This document shows, in pieces, positions 37,316 to 46,888 of a DNA stretch of 64,000 nt. The DNA comes from an uncultured Chloroflexia bacterium (GTDB taxonomy: Bacteria > Chloroflexota > Chloroflexia > QHBQ01 > JADMIH01), in the NCBI GenBank assembly GCA_963797095.1, contig CAWCNY010000003.1, positions 128,001 to 192,000 of the forward strand, written 5' to 3'. A program made the position numbers and the translations under genes. The notes under the pieces were generated by a model. It saw only the letters and a program-made list of their open reading frames with translations. It had not been told where the DNA came from and searched no databases. Each line of letters begins with the position of its first letter. Position 1 is the stretch's first letter.

Positions 37316-39673
37316 TTGGAGTCGGCGGCAACATCATCCCGGGCATCACGAGCGCAGCGTGTATCTGAGAGAGCAGATGCGCTCGATAGGGCAGGAGCTA
37401 TCCGCTTGCCTCTTGCTGCCGTCGCGATATCGGTCGCCTCGGCGGTGTCGCTGGCTTACGAAGTGCTGCTGACCAGGCTCTTTTCCATCCTCTTCGAATA
37501 CCACTTCGTGTTCGTGGCCACATCGCTCGCCATCTGCGGCCTCGGTTTGGGGGCCGCCTGGGGCGCGTGGCTGCTGGCGCGCAGGCGCCGCGATATAACG
37601 CTATTGCACCCTGCTCGCCTGACTATCGGGCTGGCCGCGACGCTTGTGCTCGACAGCCTGATCTTCTCGCTGCTGCCCTGGGCGGGCGCGGTGTACCTGC
37701 AGGCCGCCCTCGCCCTGCCCCCCTTCGTGCTGATCGGCCTCCTCATCGCCACCATTTTCGCGGCGCGCCCGGCCGAGAGCGCCCGGCTTTACGCGTCCGA
37801 CTTGCTCGGTGCGGCGGTGGGCAGCGTGGCGGTGTTGCTGTTGATCGTGTGGAGCGGCGTTTTCACCGCGATCATGTGGCTCGGTCTGCTCGCTTGTGTG
37901 CTGGGGCTGCTGCTCGCTTCCGCAACCGCCGACAGGGAGGCCGCGCGGGTGGCGCTACCAGCCGCGGCGATCGTCGCTTTGTTGGTGCTCGCGGGACAGC
38001 TTTTCGACCTGCCGCGCTTCGACGCAGCGGCCATCGGCGGCGCTCCACCCGACAAAACGATGTTGCGCGTGCTTCAAGACCCCACGCAGCAGGGGCGCAT
38101 CGCCGAGACGGTGTGGGGGCCTTTCGCCCGCCTCGACCTGGTGGAGACTTCAGACCCCGACACCAAGCTCTTATTCACCGACGGTGGCGCAGGGAGCTAC
38201 ATGATTCGCTTCGACGGCGACCTCGGCAAGGTCTCGGACCTGAAGGCCGACCCCGATTACCTCCCATTCACGCTGGGCGTGCCCACCGATACGCTGGTGC
38301 TCGGAGCGGGGGCCGGCAAAGACGTGGTCCTGTCTTTGCTCGCGGGCAGCGAGCACATCACCGCCGTCGAGTTGAACCAGGAAGTAGTAGATCTCACCCG
38401 CCGCTACGCGTCGTTCAACGGCAACATCCTGGACCGTCCCGGCGTGCAGACGGCGGTGGCGGACGGGCGCTCGTACGTCGAGCAGACCGACCACAACTAC
38501 GACCTGATTTACATGAACCTCGTCTACAGCCAGGCTGCGGGACACGAGAATTCGCCCCTGGCCGAGAGCTACGTCTTCACCGAGCAGGCGATGCGCTCCT
38601 ACTGGCGGCACCTCAATCCGGGAGGGAGCATAGGCATCGTAACCCACAACGGCTTCGAGGGGAGCCGCGTCCTCCTCACCGCGATAGCCGCTCTGGAGGA
38701 CGAGGGGTTGGAAACGCGTCAGGCGCTGGACCGCGTGCTCCTCTACCAGGCCTATTCCGACGACCCCAACACCGCCACAAGCGTATTGCTGGTGACTCGC
38801 AGGTCCATGGACGAGAACCAACTGTCGGACAACACCAGGCAAGCCGACGCCCTGGGGTTGCGGACGATGTACGTGCCAGTGCTCTTTGAGCTACCTCTGA
38901 AAGACCTTGTAAAAGGCAACGCGGGCATCTACGATTTCGCTCGCAACGGCGACTACGATCTCGTGCCCACCACCGACGACCAGCCTTATTTTTACCAGAT
39001 CGAGTGGGGGTTGCCCGACACGGTGACTTTGCTGCTGGTGCTGACCGGGGTGGTCGTGCTCGTCTACTTCGCGGTGACGGCCAGGGCGTACCGGCGCTCC
39101 GGACGGATGCGGGTAGGCGCGCTGGCAGCATACTTCGCCGTGCTGGGAGCCGCATACATGCTGGTGATGGTGCCACTTGTGCAGCGCTTCTACCTGCTGA
39201 TGGGCAACCCCACGCTGGCGCTGGTGGTCACGCTCGAAGGGCTGCTGTTCGGGGCGGGGTTGGGCAGCCTGATAGGCTCCCGGCTGCACGGCAAGCTGTT
39301 GAGACCTGTTACCTCCGCCATCGCCGCGCTGGTGGCGTTGCTCGTGGCGCAGGCTCTCCTCTACCCGATGTTCCGCGACAGCCTGCTCCAGGCTCCCCTC
39401 TTCGTGCGCATTGCTGCCGTGCTCCTCCTCACGCTGCCCCTCGGCCTCCTCATCGGCCTCCCTTTCCCCAGCGGCCTGCGCATCGCGGGGGGCTGGCTGG
39501 CTCGCTCGGTGCCCGCCCTGTGGGGCCTGAACGCGATCTCAGCGGTGTTCGGCTCGGCGGTGGCCTCGGCGATAGCCATGACCCTTGGCTTCCAGGCCGT
39601 ACTCCTTACAGCGGCTGTACTCTATACTCTCGCCGCCGTATTGCTCGTGGTAGTCAAGCCGAGCGAAGCGTGA
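37316..39673 (+). CDS. Polytopic membrane protein with central spermidine-synthase-like SAM-binding domain
   Basis: LAYEVLLTRLFS and LYASDLLGA in the N-terminal TM region; LVLGAGAGKD, AVELN, ADGRSY and PTTDDQPYF; C-terminal PFPSG/WGLN TM region. Confidence 0.8.
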   Translation: MESAATSSRASRAQRVSERADALDRAGAIRLPLAAVAISVASAVSLAYEVLLTRLFSILFEYHFVFVATSLAICGLGLGAAWGAWLLARRRRDITLLHPARLTIGLAATLVLDSLIFSLLPWAGAVYLQAALALPPFVLIGLLIATIFAARPAESARLYASDLLGAAVGSVAVLLLIVWSGVFTAIMWLGLLACVLGLLLASATADREAARVALPAAAIVALLVLAGQLFDLPRFDAAAIGGAPPDKTMLRVLQDPTQQGRIAETVWGPFARLDLVETSDPDTKLLFTDGGAGSYMIRFDGDLGKVSDLKADPDYLPFTLGVPTDTLVLGAGAGKDVVLSLLAGSEHITAVELNQEVVDLTRRYASFNGNILDRPGVQTAVADGRSYVEQTDHNYDLIYMNLVYSQAAGHENSPLAESYVFTEQAMRSYWRHLNPGGSIGIVTHNGFEGSRVLLTAIAALEDEGLETRQALDRVLLYQAYSDDPNTATSVLLVTRRSMDENQLSDNTRQADALGLRTMYVPVLFELPLKDLVKGNAGIYDFARNGDYDLVPTTDDQPYFYQIEWGLPDTVTLLLVLTGVVVLVYFAVTARAYRRSGRMRVGALAAYFAVLGAAYMLVMVPLVQRFYLLMGNPTLALVVTLEGLLFGAGLGSLIGSRLHGKLLRPVTSAIAALVALLVAQALLYPMFRDSLLQAPLFVRIAAVLLLTLPLGLLIGLPFPSGLRIAGGWLARSVPALWGLNAISAVFGSAVASAIAMTLGFQAVLLTAAVLYTLAAVLLVVVKPSEA

Positions 39674-39760
39674 AACACCAGGCTCCCCTGAAACCCCTCT
39701 ACCCAACGAATCGTCCGCGACAAACCACTACCCCACTAATCCTTCGTTCCTCGCCGGTGG

Positions 39761-41983
39761 TCAGACGAAGGCCACAGGTACATCGGGAGTGGGCTCCAGC
39801 TGGAAGGGGGGGTCGCTGTGGCCGCTGTGGCCGCTGTGGCCGCTGTGGCCGCTGTGGCCGCTACCCCCACCGAGGGGCGCTACGTCGAGTCGAATTTCGT
39901 CACCGCTCCGTTGCAGCGACAAGTCGTAGCGCTCACCCCACACTTGCAGGTTCTTCACCCGCGCGCCTTGCCAGCCGGAGGGGAGTTGGGGCCTCACCAG
40001 CACCACACCGCGGTCGGGGTCGGGCAGGAGCCGGAACCATCCCTGCACAGCGAGCCAGTTATACGCCGCACTGGACCAAAGCTGCAGGAAGCAGGGCCTG
40101 TAAACGCCTCGCGTCACCTCAAACTCCGGAATGGCCCAGGGCATGCCCCGGTCGCACAGTTCGGCGATTCGCTGCAAGTACCACAGGCCCCGGTCCGGCC
40201 TCCCGTACTGGAACTCCGCCAGCGCCACAATCGCATTCCCCACAGGCATCACGAAGTCGCTCGTGCCGGGGTGGATTATCCCATTGGGGCCGGTGTGCTC
40301 AGACCCTTCAACTTTCGCGAACAGAGAAGCGATGCGTACAGCGTCCCGTGGGTTCGAGCCGTCGAGCACGCCCATCTCCATCATCACGTAGCTCTCCGCC
40401 GGTTCTTCGGGCCACACCGAAAGGTCCCGCTCGATCCTCCAGACGTATTCGCCGCGGTCTGCCACCCAGAAGTGCTCGTCTATGCTCTCGCGCACCTTCA
40501 CACGCACTTGCTCGCACATGGCTGCCGTGCCGGGATCGCCCGCCGAGCAGGCCAGGTAAGCCAGCGACCGCAGCCCCTGGTGCAGCGCAGCCGCCACGTC
40601 CAGCTTCCTGCCGCGTCCCGCGCTCCTCAATTCGAGCAGCCCAGGGCCGTCCGGGAGGAGGGTGTGCTCAGGATCGCACTCGCCAAGCAGGTAATCGAAT
40701 ATGCCCTCTTTGCACAAGCCGTACATCTCCTGGAGAAAGGCCCTGTCGCCCGTCCACCTGTAGGCGCGCTCAACCGACGTGACGAATTGGGCGGTCTCGA
40801 TCGTGTTGCCCGGATTGAAGAGCCTTCCCGTCTGCGTGATTTCGTGCGGTATGCGCCCTCCCTGCCGGCGGGCCATGTTGGCGAGCAGCCTCAAGTTCGA
40901 CAAAACGGCGTCGGTCTGCCCAGCCATCAGCAGACCACTGACGCTGTAGTAGGTGTCGCAACCGAAGTACCATGCGAAGCTCGGGAGTCCCGCCACCGCG
41001 CCACGCGCCACGCCAGGCATCTCCAGGGTCAGCATGTCCATGCAGACGTTCTGAAGGGCGTAGGCTCGGTCGATGCCCGGCTCGGGCGTGTCGACCCTCG
41101 GTGCGCCGCCTATCAGCATTTCCTGTCGGGCCACTTTGGCGCTCAGGAGGGGGTCGTACTCCGCAAGCAGGCCGGTTGCCTTCCGGCGGGCGCATGCCAC
41201 CCCGTCCATCCCACCCACCAGCGCGAAGCGCAGCGTGCGGCTCTCTCCAGGCGCGAGCGCTACATCATAATCGAGGCGGCCGGTTACGCCGGCGCCTTGC
41301 AGGGCGGAGGGATCGGGCAGGATGCCGCCGTGCTTCACCCCCTCTTCGCCGCGCAAGGAGCTTGTGCGCTCAGGCCCCCACAGGTCGGGGCCGGTGCTGT
41401 GCCTGCAAGGGGCGTGGTCGCAGAGCATCGCGCCGCTCCACGCGTGGTGCCCGCCGTCCCATGCCACGATACCGCCCCACTCGTCCACGAACTGCGCCTC
41501 GTCTGCCCTGTCGGGCCAGTAGCTCCACCAGGCCCCCTGTATATCCCACCGCACGAGCCAACTGACTGTCAGCCGGAGGGGCCCTTCTGCTCTATTGTGC
41601 AAGGTGAGGTCGAGCAGCACGCCAGGCTCGTGGTCGGGCACGAAGGTTCGCTGGACGGCCTCGACCGCAGCGCCGCCGACCTGCAGGAGGAACTCGCGCT
41701 CCGCCCTGCCGGGCTGCATCCTGAAGCTCGTGCAGGCGGGCCCCCACAGCCAGCTGGTCTCGCTATGCTCGTCACCTGCCGGCGAGAGGCCGAACCAGAA
41801 GCCGTCGGCCAGCTTGACCGGCGGAGTCCATATTCCGCCCATCTCGCCCGGCAGGTGGTGGCCCAGGTCGGGGAACCCGCCGTGTAGCGAGCCTATGAGG
41901 TAGCATCGCCTGCCCGTCGCGGCGAACAGTCTGTTCAGGTCGTTTGTTACCGGTTCGTCGAAAAGAGACACAGAGACAAGCAA
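39761..41983 (-). CDS. (alpha/alpha)6 glycoside hydrolase, glycogen-debranching-enzyme-like
   Basis: GFPDLGHH.PGEMGGIW, AGLPSFAWYFGCD, GRIPHE and QLWSSA motifs. Confidence 0.8.
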   Translation of the reverse strand: MLVSVSLFDEPVTNDLNRLFAATGRRCYLIGSLHGGFPDLGHHLPGEMGGIWTPPVKLADGFWFGLSPAGDEHSETSWLWGPACTSFRMQPGRAEREFLLQVGGAAVEAVQRTFVPDHEPGVLLDLTLHNRAEGPLRLTVSWLVRWDIQGAWWSYWPDRADEAQFVDEWGGIVAWDGGHHAWSGAMLCDHAPCRHSTGPDLWGPERTSSLRGEEGVKHGGILPDPSALQGAGVTGRLDYDVALAPGESRTLRFALVGGMDGVACARRKATGLLAEYDPLLSAKVARQEMLIGGAPRVDTPEPGIDRAYALQNVCMDMLTLEMPGVARGAVAGLPSFAWYFGCDTYYSVSGLLMAGQTDAVLSNLRLLANMARRQGGRIPHEITQTGRLFNPGNTIETAQFVTSVERAYRWTGDRAFLQEMYGLCKEGIFDYLLGECDPEHTLLPDGPGLLELRSAGRGRKLDVAAALHQGLRSLAYLACSAGDPGTAAMCEQVRVKVRESIDEHFWVADRGEYVWRIERDLSVWPEEPAESYVMMEMGVLDGSNPRDAVRIASLFAKVEGSEHTGPNGIIHPGTSDFVMPVGNAIVALAEFQYGRPDRGLWYLQRIAELCDRGMPWAIPEFEVTRGVYRPCFLQLWSSAAYNWLAVQGWFRLLPDPDRGVVLVRPQLPSGWQGARVKNLQVWGERYDLSLQRSGDEIRLDVAPLGGGSGHSGHSGHSGHSGHSDPPFQLEPTPDVPVAFV
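39815..39859. repeat. In-frame 9-bp repeat (GCTGTGGCC)x5 encoding (GHS)5
   Basis: Five perfect units near the 3' end of the hydrolase gene. Confidence 0.9.
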
Positions 41984-42024
41984 TCCTATCTATCGTGTGG
42001 CACAGCGAGCGGGCTGATGCCCAA

Positions 42025-44361
42025 TTATGGAGCGAGTCCCGGGCGACCTGAGGCGAGCGGCAGCGGCCTCGCTTCGGCGGCCATCGGTTGGTGGTCCTCA
42101 GTGGAGAAGACCAGGTTGAGCGATTCGTCGCGCATTCTCATGCCCCTCACTTCGACCCGCCCCACGCCGGCGGGCAGGACGGCTCTGGAGGGGTCGAAGT
42201 GCCCTTCGGCGCTCACCTCTATGCCCAGGAGCGTCTGAAGCAGGAGGAGCGGAGCGCCAGCTGCCCAGGCCTGGGGGCTGCAGCTGACAGGATAGGCGGC
42301 GGGTGCGCTCTCCTCTTGCGCACCCTTTCCCCTCGCGAAGCCGCAGTAGAGCTCTGGCAGGCGATAGTCCGGGAAGGTGGCCGCGGCGTCCAGGATCTGG
42401 CGGGCTATTTGTTGCATCTCTGCTTCGAAGCCGTACCGCCGCAGCCCGGCCACCAGGATGGCGTTGTCGTGGGGCCACACCGAGCCGTTGTGGTAGCTCA
42501 TAGGGTTGTACGTGGGGTCTTCCGCGCTGATAGTGCGCACCCCCCACCCGGATAACATGTCGTGGCGCATCAGCCGGGCCACCACCCGCGCAGCCCGCGA
42601 TTCCTCGACGATGCCTGTCCACAAGCAGTGCCCAACGTTGGAAGTTACCGCCCTCACCTGGGCCTTGGATCGATCCAGCGCATGCACGTAGAATCCCTCT
42701 TCTTCCCACCAGAAGTCGCGGTTGAACTCCTCTTTGAGGCGGGCAGCCTGGTGTTCGAGCCTGGCGGACAGGCCGCCCTGTGCTTGCTCATGCACCGCGC
42801 CGCCGTAGCGCTTCAGCGTTTCGGCCACGCCCAGCAGAGCGGCGTAATAGTAACCCTGTACCTCGACAAGGGCGACCGGAGGTTCCGGCCAGGGCCCGAA
42901 GGGGCCGCCCAGCGACTCGTCGGTGTCCTTCCACCCCTGGTTGCGTATGCCGCGCCCGGAGCGAGATTTGTACTCGATATAGCCGTCGCCGTCCAGGTCT
43001 CCCCAGCGCCAAGCCCAATCGAGCGCTCGCCGCACGCTCCCCCATAGCTCGTCGAAGAGGGGCTGGCCGCCGGTCCATTTGACCGTTTCGGAGAATAAGA
43101 TCATGTAAAGGAGGGTGCTGTCCACCGTGCCATAGTATGGGCTGTGCGGCACCTCGCGCGCCAGGGCCATATCGCCCCGCCGAAGCTCGTGTAATATCTT
43201 GCCCGGCTCGCCGTCGCGCCAGTCGTCCACAGCAGTAGCCTGGTACGAGGAGAGGACGCGCAGAGTATCTACGGCTATCTGGGGATTGAGGACCAGAGTT
43301 TCGAGGGCGGTAATCAGGCTGTCGCGCCCGAAGAGAGTGAAGTACCAGGGGAGGCCCGCCGTCACCACGAGGCCGTGCGGCTCCCACTGCAACAGCGAAC
43401 GCAGGTCGAGGACGCTCGTTTCGAGTATGCGGTTGAGGGCGTAACTATCTGTGTCGATGCGGGTACAGGCTCTTTGCCACTCGGTGAAGACGCCTCGCGC
43501 CCTCGCCACCTGCTCCTTGAAGGTCAGCGCCTGTGCTAACTCCCCGGACTGTGGTCTCAGGCCCCCGGCCGGCAGCTCCGGGCTGTCAGGTTCCGGCACA
43601 AGGCGCAGGTGCATGGTGACAGGTTGTCGAGGTGCAAGGGCCAGTTTGTAATGCAAAGCGACCTCTCGCATCTCCCTGCCGGTCGGGGCATCAAGGGTGG
43701 TCACCTCCTCCCAGGTCACCGGCGCTGCATCGCACGTAAAGAGGAGCACCCTGGCGGCGAGCGGATTCGGACCGGGAGCCGCCTGGCGAGTTGAAACGGC
43801 CGGCTGCGCGCGAACCAGCACGGTAGTGCCTTTAGTGCTGTTCGTGGCTCCAACCGGCCACGCACCTTCGCCAACTCGATGGAAGCCATCGTGCACCCGG
43901 ATGCTCACCGTGGGGACAGGAGTGGAGCGCGTGAGGCCACGTAACTCAAATATATCCGCAAAGTCCGCTCCCACCAGCAGCGTGATTTCGACTTCCAACC
44001 CGGTGGGGTTATAGTTGGTGAACTCAATGCTCTCGACAAGCCCGCGCTCGATATATCGACGGCGCGTGATGCCCAGCGCGTGACCGAGCTGCCCGGGGAC
44101 GGAAGAGCCACTACGCTCCTTCAAGCCGAAGTGTATCGCGCTGAGCCGGAAGGTGGCAGCTATGTTGTAGTCGGTGGTGTAGCTCAGCGAGAGAGGTCTC
44201 TCGCCGCCCACAAGGAGTTGCAGCTTGTTGAGATAGCGGGTGTCGTGCAGGTACAGCCCGTAACCGTCGTTGCCGTCCGGGCCGTTCGCTACATCTCCCG
44301 AATGGTCGCTTATCAGGAGTGTGAAGTCGTCTTTTAGCGTAACTGCAGTCGCACCGGTCAT
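42025..44361 (-). CDS. Amylo-alpha-1,6-glucosidase / glycogen debranching family protein
   Basis: GLYLHDTRYL, ADFADIFELRG, AGLPWYFTLFGRDS, EPGKILHE, NQGWKD, YHNGSVWPHDN and CSPQAWA motifs; start at the ATG after GGAGGAG. Confidence 0.9.
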   Translation of the reverse strand: MTGATAVTLKDDFTLLISDHSGDVANGPDGNDGYGLYLHDTRYLNKLQLLVGGERPLSLSYTTDYNIAATFRLSAIHFGLKERSGSSVPGQLGHALGITRRRYIERGLVESIEFTNYNPTGLEVEITLLVGADFADIFELRGLTRSTPVPTVSIRVHDGFHRVGEGAWPVGATNSTKGTTVLVRAQPAVSTRQAAPGPNPLAARVLLFTCDAAPVTWEEVTTLDAPTGREMREVALHYKLALAPRQPVTMHLRLVPEPDSPELPAGGLRPQSGELAQALTFKEQVARARGVFTEWQRACTRIDTDSYALNRILETSVLDLRSLLQWEPHGLVVTAGLPWYFTLFGRDSLITALETLVLNPQIAVDTLRVLSSYQATAVDDWRDGEPGKILHELRRGDMALAREVPHSPYYGTVDSTLLYMILFSETVKWTGGQPLFDELWGSVRRALDWAWRWGDLDGDGYIEYKSRSGRGIRNQGWKDTDESLGGPFGPWPEPPVALVEVQGYYYAALLGVAETLKRYGGAVHEQAQGGLSARLEHQAARLKEEFNRDFWWEEEGFYVHALDRSKAQVRAVTSNVGHCLWTGIVEESRAARVVARLMRHDMLSGWGVRTISAEDPTYNPMSYHNGSVWPHDNAILVAGLRRYGFEAEMQQIARQILDAAATFPDYRLPELYCGFARGKGAQEESAPAAYPVSCSPQAWAAGAPLLLLQTLLGIEVSAEGHFDPSRAVLPAGVGRVEVRGMRMRDESLNLVFSTEDHQPMAAEARPLPLASGRPGLAP

Positions 44362-44426
44362 TTCCAGCCTGCTCCTCCCTACTCTTCTTCGATCCTCCAG
44401 GCATCTCTGCCCACTGCCCACTAACC

Positions 44427-45611
44427 TTATGCGGAGGCTCTCACGATCAGTTCCGGCTCCACAAGCACCTGCATAGGGCCGATCCATTTGACGGTCACGC
44501 TCGCCTCTCCCGGGCTTTCCGCGCTGAATTGCCTGCGTTGCTCCGCCGTAATCGTATCGGCCACCAGACCCACCTTCTTCTTGCGCCGTGCTTGGTTGTC
44601 TATGATCGACACAAGGAGACCGAGCAGGATTTCCGCGATTGAGCCAAGCGGCTGCCGAACTGTAGTGAGCGGAGTCCGAAGATATGCTGCGAATGGAAGA
44701 TCGTCGAAGCCTGTGACCGCTATTGCTCCTGAGCCTGAGCCGGGACCCAAAGTCGGCTCCGCCCCGACCGCTATCCCGCGATCCTGCAAGTCTTGAATCA
44801 CCTGCATGGCAAGGCGGTCGTTGGCGGCCAGGATGGCTGTAGGCCGCGCGTCGTGTGTGACGTTGCCGGTGCTATCAGTGCCAGCGGTGTCAAGCGAGAG
44901 AAGGTGGGCAATCGCTTCCCTGGTGTTTGCCTGTTCCTGCAAGTCTACGATCACCAGGCGCTCGTCAAGAGGCAAGCCATGATTTTTCAAGCCTTCAACG
45001 TAGCCATCATAGCGGTACAGCGAGTAAGATGTGTTGAGAGGTCCGCTCAAATAGGCAATCGTCCGGTGGCCCTTGCCGACCAGGTAATCGATGACCGCAC
45101 GGATGCCTGCCCTGCTGTCCAGGTCCACCAGCGGGTAGTAGAGCCCCTCATAATCTGCGGTACGCCCGAAAGCAACGAATGGAATGTCAAGCGACTGGAG
45201 CAGATCGATCCGCTCGTCCTGGGGTTTGATGTCGGCAATGATAATACCATCCACCCGCCCGCTTCCGGCCAGCTCGCGATATATTTGGCTCGTATGGCTT
45301 GGAGTATCGGCAATGGTTGCCAGCAAGCTCAGGTTGTGGCGAAATGCGGAGAGGGTCAGCAAACCCAGGAACTCTTTGAAGAAGGGCTCCGACTCGATAT
45401 GCCCGCGAATCAGCGGAGCAAAAGCCACGGTGTCGGTGCGCCGCCTTTGTAAGCTGCGTGCCGCGGCGCTCGGGTAATAATTTAGAGACCGGGCGATTTC
45501 GATGACCCGCTGGCGCGTCTGTTCATTCACGTCGCTGAAGCCGTTGAGCGCGTGCGAAACCGTGGTGATAGATACGCCAGCTTCTCTGGCAACATCGAAG
45601 ATGGTACTCAT
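44427..45611 (-). CDS. LacI family transcriptional regulator
   Basis: TIFDVAREAGVSITTVSHALN HTH; GFDD and LTTVRQP motifs. Confidence 0.95.
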   Translation of the reverse strand: MSTIFDVAREAGVSITTVSHALNGFSDVNEQTRQRVIEIARSLNYYPSAAARSLQRRRTDTVAFAPLIRGHIESEPFFKEFLGLLTLSAFRHNLSLLATIADTPSHTSQIYRELAGSGRVDGIIIADIKPQDERIDLLQSLDIPFVAFGRTADYEGLYYPLVDLDSRAGIRAVIDYLVGKGHRTIAYLSGPLNTSYSLYRYDGYVEGLKNHGLPLDERLVIVDLQEQANTREAIAHLLSLDTAGTDSTGNVTHDARPTAILAANDRLAMQVIQDLQDRGIAVGAEPTLGPGSGSGAIAVTGFDDLPFAAYLRTPLTTVRQPLGSIAEILLGLLVSIIDNQARRKKKVGLVADTITAEQRRQFSAESPGEASVTVKWIGPMQVLVEPELIVRASA

Positions 45612-45742
45612 ATCGAGCCCTTCGCTGAGCTAGCGAATCAGCAGCCAGCTATCACTTTCCGGCCGGTCGCTGCGTGCAGGAGACTGGCCCTGACTATAGA
45701 ATCAACCTCAGGCGGTACGATCTTCTCGCGTTAATTTGGTCA

Positions 45743-45794
45743 CCAAAACATTTTGGACCAGCAGTATTATTGACGAAAATGTAGCCCCTGTCAA
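45743..45794 (-). promoter_or_regulatory. Promoter and second LacI-type operator for the lacI-hydrolase operon
   Basis: Minus-strand TTGACA (45794-45789)-17 bp-AATAAT; near-palindrome CCAAAACATTTTGG at 45743-45756. Confidence 0.6.
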
Positions 45795-45846
45795 GACCTG
45801 AGGATGAGCCTGTAGTGTGCAAACTCTGGTCCATGTGTGGGCAGCC

Positions 45847-46110
45847 TTATGCAGCTTGGCTATCGCTGTCATTATCCATGATCAGGAACCTGGGTGCCTC
45901 TCTCCATGCTGTTGCCTCCCTCGGCTGCTGGGCCGTCCATGCGTCTGTTGGAGAGCGGGTGACGCCGAAGTGGACCACACGCCGGGAGCCAAGTTCTATC
46001 GTGAAGAAGCTGAACAAGTGCCTGAAGAACAGGTCATACGTTGGCAAGTACGTCTAGCGCCGAGACCCGAGCCATCAATAGTCCACACGTTTTCTGCATG
46101 CGCTAACGAA
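45847..46110 (-). pseudogene. Integrase-core (rve/DDE) transposase fragment
   Basis: LPTYDLFFRHLFSFFTIELGSRRVVHFGVTRSPTDAWTAQQ.REA..PRFLIMDND; frameshifted and truncated at both ends. Confidence 0.7.
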
Positions 46111-46289
46111 GTGCTGTCTCTGGCAGTCGAATTGTTGCAGTAGAGGCTCTTCGTATCCCGATGCCCCCGACTATTCAACGCTCTCCATTACTGACGAAGA
46201 GTGTTGGTAAGCCCTACTCTAGCGAACTTGTTCAATTGTTGCAACACTGCCCCAACAACCAACCAACGGCTGATCGGGGCACGTCGGTC

Positions 46290-46660
46290 CCCGTCTCGCG
46301 GGCGGCTTCGGCCGCGGCACGCACTGTCTGCCAGGCCCGCTGTACCTCCGGCCCCAGCTGCAGCGCCCACTGCTCGACCTCCGACCAGGCAACCTGTGGC
46401 GTGGTGCGGCGCAGATCCGAGAGCACCAGGTTCAGGCAGTCGCGGAAGTGGCGTTCGCTCTCGCCCAACGCGTACCCTCCTCCAGCCACTTGCCTACCCC
46501 TGTGCCTTTGGCCAATGCTGGGAATCGAGCAGCGAGTACTGAAAGAACGCACTTCTCCCATTTGGAGACGCGGCGTGATCGAGGGACTTTGCGCTGCTGG
46601 AGCCGTGGGATTGCGCTTCGCTCCATTTAGCGCAGCAGGAGTATTTCGATATCCATCTGT
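46290..46660 (-). pseudogene. Possible decayed nucleotidyltransferase-like gene
   Basis: YALGESERHFRDCLNLVL..VAWSEVEQWALQLG resembles C-termini of a nucleotidyltransferase-like family; upstream frames are broken. Confidence 0.3.
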
Positions 46661-46818
46661 CGGTCAGACAGGCGGCGGGCAGCGAGCACGCCAACAACCA
46701 ACTCGAGGATGTAAACCAGCACCTAGATACAGACGCGCATGGGACAAGCATAAGCCGACTTCCGCGCCTATACAAGGCTCTATGTCCGCCGGATGCATAT
46801 TTGCACGACTACAACGTC

Positions 46819-46847
46819 TTGACAGATGCCCATTGAGGTGATAATAT
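46819..46847 (+). promoter_or_regulatory. Sigma70 promoter of the nrtR-led operon
   Basis: TTGACA-17 bp-TAATAT with TGn extension, followed by an AT-rich tract (candidate operator). Confidence 0.7.
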
Positions 46848-46888
46848 AACTATAGATAATTCAAATTAGCTTCAGTGGAAGAATCAAC

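Noticed and set aside
39004-41887. 592-aa and 689-aa plus-strand ORFs
   Set aside because: Arg/Pro/Ala-rich off-frame or antisense shadows of real genes.
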